Below, one piece after another: positions 62,164-64,000 of a stretch of 64,000 nucleotides of DNA (position 1 is its first letter; the number at the start of each line of letters is the position of its first letter). The stretch comes from an uncultured Lachnospiraceae bacterium (GTDB taxonomy: Bacteria > Bacillota > Clostridia > Lachnospirales > Lachnospiraceae), in the NCBI GenBank assembly GCA_947165025.1, contig CAMUYQ010000003.1, positions 54,747-118,746 on the forward strand, read 5' to 3'. The notes beneath the pieces are model-generated. The model saw only the letters and a program-made list of their open reading frames with translations, was not told the origin of the DNA and did no database searches. Both the position numbers and the translations under genes were made by a program.

Positions 62164-63822
62164 ATGAGAAAGGTTACAGTCACTGTCCAGAACAAAGAGT
62201 ATCAGTATGATGCGGGTACGAGCTATGAGCAGATAGCGAAGGACTTCGCCGACAAGTATGACGCGAAGATCGTTCTCGTATCGGCTGACGGCCGTCTTCG
62301 TGAACTTCACAAGATACTGTCAAACGACTGCACGCTTGAATTTATCACTCTTTCCGAAAAGATAGGAATGGAGACTTACAGAAGAAGTGCTACTTTCCTT
62401 CTTGTCAAGGCAGTGCATGATGTTATCGGAGACGACAGGAAAAATCATGTTGTCGCGCAGTACACTGTAGGAAGAGGCCTTCTTTGCAAGATAATAGGCA
62501 CACAGATCACGGACCAGTTTGTCAGAAGCGTCCATGCAAGGATGGATGAACTTATCTCACAGAACATACCGATATGGAAGACTTCGTATTCCGTTGAAGA
62601 AGCAAGACGTATATTTGCCGAGGCCGGTATGGAAGATAAGGTCAAGCTCTTCAAGTTCAGAAGAGCATCAAAGGTCAATGTTTATTCGATCGGTGAATAC
62701 AGGGATTACTATTACGGCTACATGGTACCGTCAACGGGTTATATCACTCACTATGATCTGTTCCCGTATGACGAGGGACTTATCCTTCAGCTTCCTTCGA
62801 GGCATTCACCGAATGTCGTTCCCCCGAGGAGTGATTCACCGAAGCTTCAGAAGACTCTCGAAGAGACGAGCAACTGGGGCGAGAGCATAGGCATCAAGGA
62901 TGTCGGTGATCTTAACGAGATGATATGTAACGAAGGCGTACAGGATGTTGTACTTCTCCAGGAAGCATACATGGAGAGCAGGATCGCGGAGATAGCAAAG
63001 GATATCGTTAAGCGCGGCGGACGTAAGTTCATTATGATAGCCGGCCCGTCATCTTCGGGTAAGACATCGTTTTCATACAGACTGTCGATACAGCTGAGGG
63101 CTCTCGGAATGCGTCCTCATCCGATCGCACTTGATAATTATTTCAAGAACAGGGAAGATACACCGAAGGATGAGAACGGTGATTATGATTTTGAATGTCT
63201 TGAAGCTATCGATGTTGAGCAGTTCAACAAGGATATGTTAAACCTCCTGTCCGGTGAGACCGTTGAGATACCGTCGTTCAATTTCAAGACCGGACAGCGT
63301 GAATATAAAGGTGATTATAAGAGACTCAACGAAAATGACATACTCGTTATAGAAGGTATCCACGGTCTGAATGAGAAGATGTCACACGCCCTTCCGGCTG
63401 AGAGCAAATACAAGATATACATTTCGGCCCTTACAGCGCTCAACGTTGACGAGCATAACAGGATCGCAACGACCGATGTCCGTCTGATCAGAAGAATGGT
63501 CAGGGACAACAGGACGCGAGGAACATCTGCGTCGGGTACGCTTAATATGTGGCACAGTGTAAGGCGCGGAGAAGAGAAGAATATATTCCCGTTCCAGGAA
63601 AGTGCGGATGCGGTGTTCAATTCGGCACTCATTTATGAACTGTCGGTATTAAAGCTTTATGCCGAGCCGCTTCTGTTTGGTATCAGCAAAGAAGATCCGC
63701 AGTATTACGAGGCAAAGAGACTTCTCAAGTTCCTCGATTATTTCCTCGGCTTTACGAGCGAGGGACTGCCGAACAATTCGCTTATCAGGGAATTTGTCGG
63801 TGGAAGCATATTTAACGTGTGA
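62164..63822 (+). CDS. TGS-like domain / uridine-kinase-family nucleoside kinase fusion
   Basis: P-loop IAGPSSSGKTS, VIEGIHGLN; the N-terminal ~250 aa resemble a ThrRS-type TGS/second-additional-domain region. Confidence 0.7.
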   Translation: MRKVTVTVQNKEYQYDAGTSYEQIAKDFADKYDAKIVLVSADGRLRELHKILSNDCTLEFITLSEKIGMETYRRSATFLLVKAVHDVIGDDRKNHVVAQYTVGRGLLCKIIGTQITDQFVRSVHARMDELISQNIPIWKTSYSVEEARRIFAEAGMEDKVKLFKFRRASKVNVYSIGEYRDYYYGYMVPSTGYITHYDLFPYDEGLILQLPSRHSPNVVPPRSDSPKLQKTLEETSNWGESIGIKDVGDLNEMICNEGVQDVVLLQEAYMESRIAEIAKDIVKRGGRKFIMIAGPSSSGKTSFSYRLSIQLRALGMRPHPIALDNYFKNREDTPKDENGDYDFECLEAIDVEQFNKDMLNLLSGETVEIPSFNFKTGQREYKGDYKRLNENDILVIEGIHGLNEKMSHALPAESKYKIYISALTALNVDEHNRIATTDVRLIRRMVRDNRTRGTSASGTLNMWHSVRRGEEKNIFPFQESADAVFNSALIYELSVLKLYAEPLLFGISKEDPQYYEAKRLLKFLDYFLGFTSEGLPNNSLIREFVGGSIFNV

Positions 63823-63825
63823 TCA

Positions 63826-64000
63826 AACAGTTCCCGGAACATCAGGGAGTCGAACAGACAATCGCTTGAAATACAGAGGAAAGTCCGGGCTTCACAGGGC
63901 AGGATGCCGGATAACGTCCGGTGGAGGCAACTCTAAGGAAAGTGCAACAGAAAATATACCGCTGAATGAAGATAGGAGGGGCCCACGAAGTGGGAGGAAC
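63826..64000 (+). ncRNA. rnpB: RNase P RNA, 5' portion (runs off the window)
   Basis: Universally conserved P4 segment GAGGAAAGTCCGGGC (63876), then ACAGGGCAGGATGCCGGATAACGTCCGG and GGAAAGTGCAACAGAAAATATACCGC. The exact 5' end was not determined. Confidence 0.85.

Overview
The gene content suggests a low-GC Firmicute of class Clostridia; a Lachnospiraceae-like origin is my inference only. The window splits into a conserved backbone and one large accessory region.

Backbone, 1-6.8 kb:
- ABC ATPase
- alpha/beta hydrolase
- DapF-fold protein
- 1310-aa GGDEF/EAL protein
- tRNA-Leu(CAG)

Backbone, 46.6-64 kb:
- GNAT
- ThpR
- a three-enzyme cell-wall hydrolase
- a cAMP signalling module
- a PBP5-type carboxypeptidase
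- the dgt-dnaG-sigA-trmK macromolecular-synthesis neighbourhood
- the 5' part of RNase P RNA

Between them lies a ~39.8 kb composite island inserted at the 3' end of tRNA-Leu. The last 17 nt of the tRNA recur three more times in direct orientation, at 34.5, 44.8 and 46.6 kb.

Island segment 1 (6.8-34.5 kb) contains:
- a LytTR/AgrC-like two-component system
- a 13-gene cluster of uncharacterised proteins (9.6-22.1 kb)
- a mobilisation and integration core (relaxase, ParM-like ATPase, Xis, RHH protein, tyrosine integrase)
- an AT-rich nuclease-rich cargo that looks defence-like

Segment 2 (34.5-44.8 kb) carries resistance and detoxification cargo: a Vat-like acetyltransferase, hydrolases, an ArsR/permease/thioredoxin-like/PAT cluster, and a MarR/flavodoxin module. 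Segment 3 (44.8-46.6 kb) carries only a PAS-GGDEF cyclase.

The most unusual signal is the 9.6-22.1 kb cluster. Its transcription units carry three kinds of repeated cis-element:
- two classes of 21-bp-phased direct repeats typical of LytTR operators
- a GCCGATAA-like box at a fixed distance, resembling the -10 element of flagellar sigma-D/sigma-28 promoters
- several families of 5' leaders presenting GGA motifs in hairpin loops plus at the Shine-Dalgarno, which is the CsrA/flagellin-leader architecture; one family ends in a terminator-like hairpin

The only protein similarities I can see by eye are a short FliD-like protein and a weak flagellin-N-terminus-like segment. I propose a mobile, quorum-type-regulated, flagellar late-class-like gene module of unknown function.

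All calls come from reading the sequence and the ORF translations. No database search, HMM, folding or GC calculation was run.
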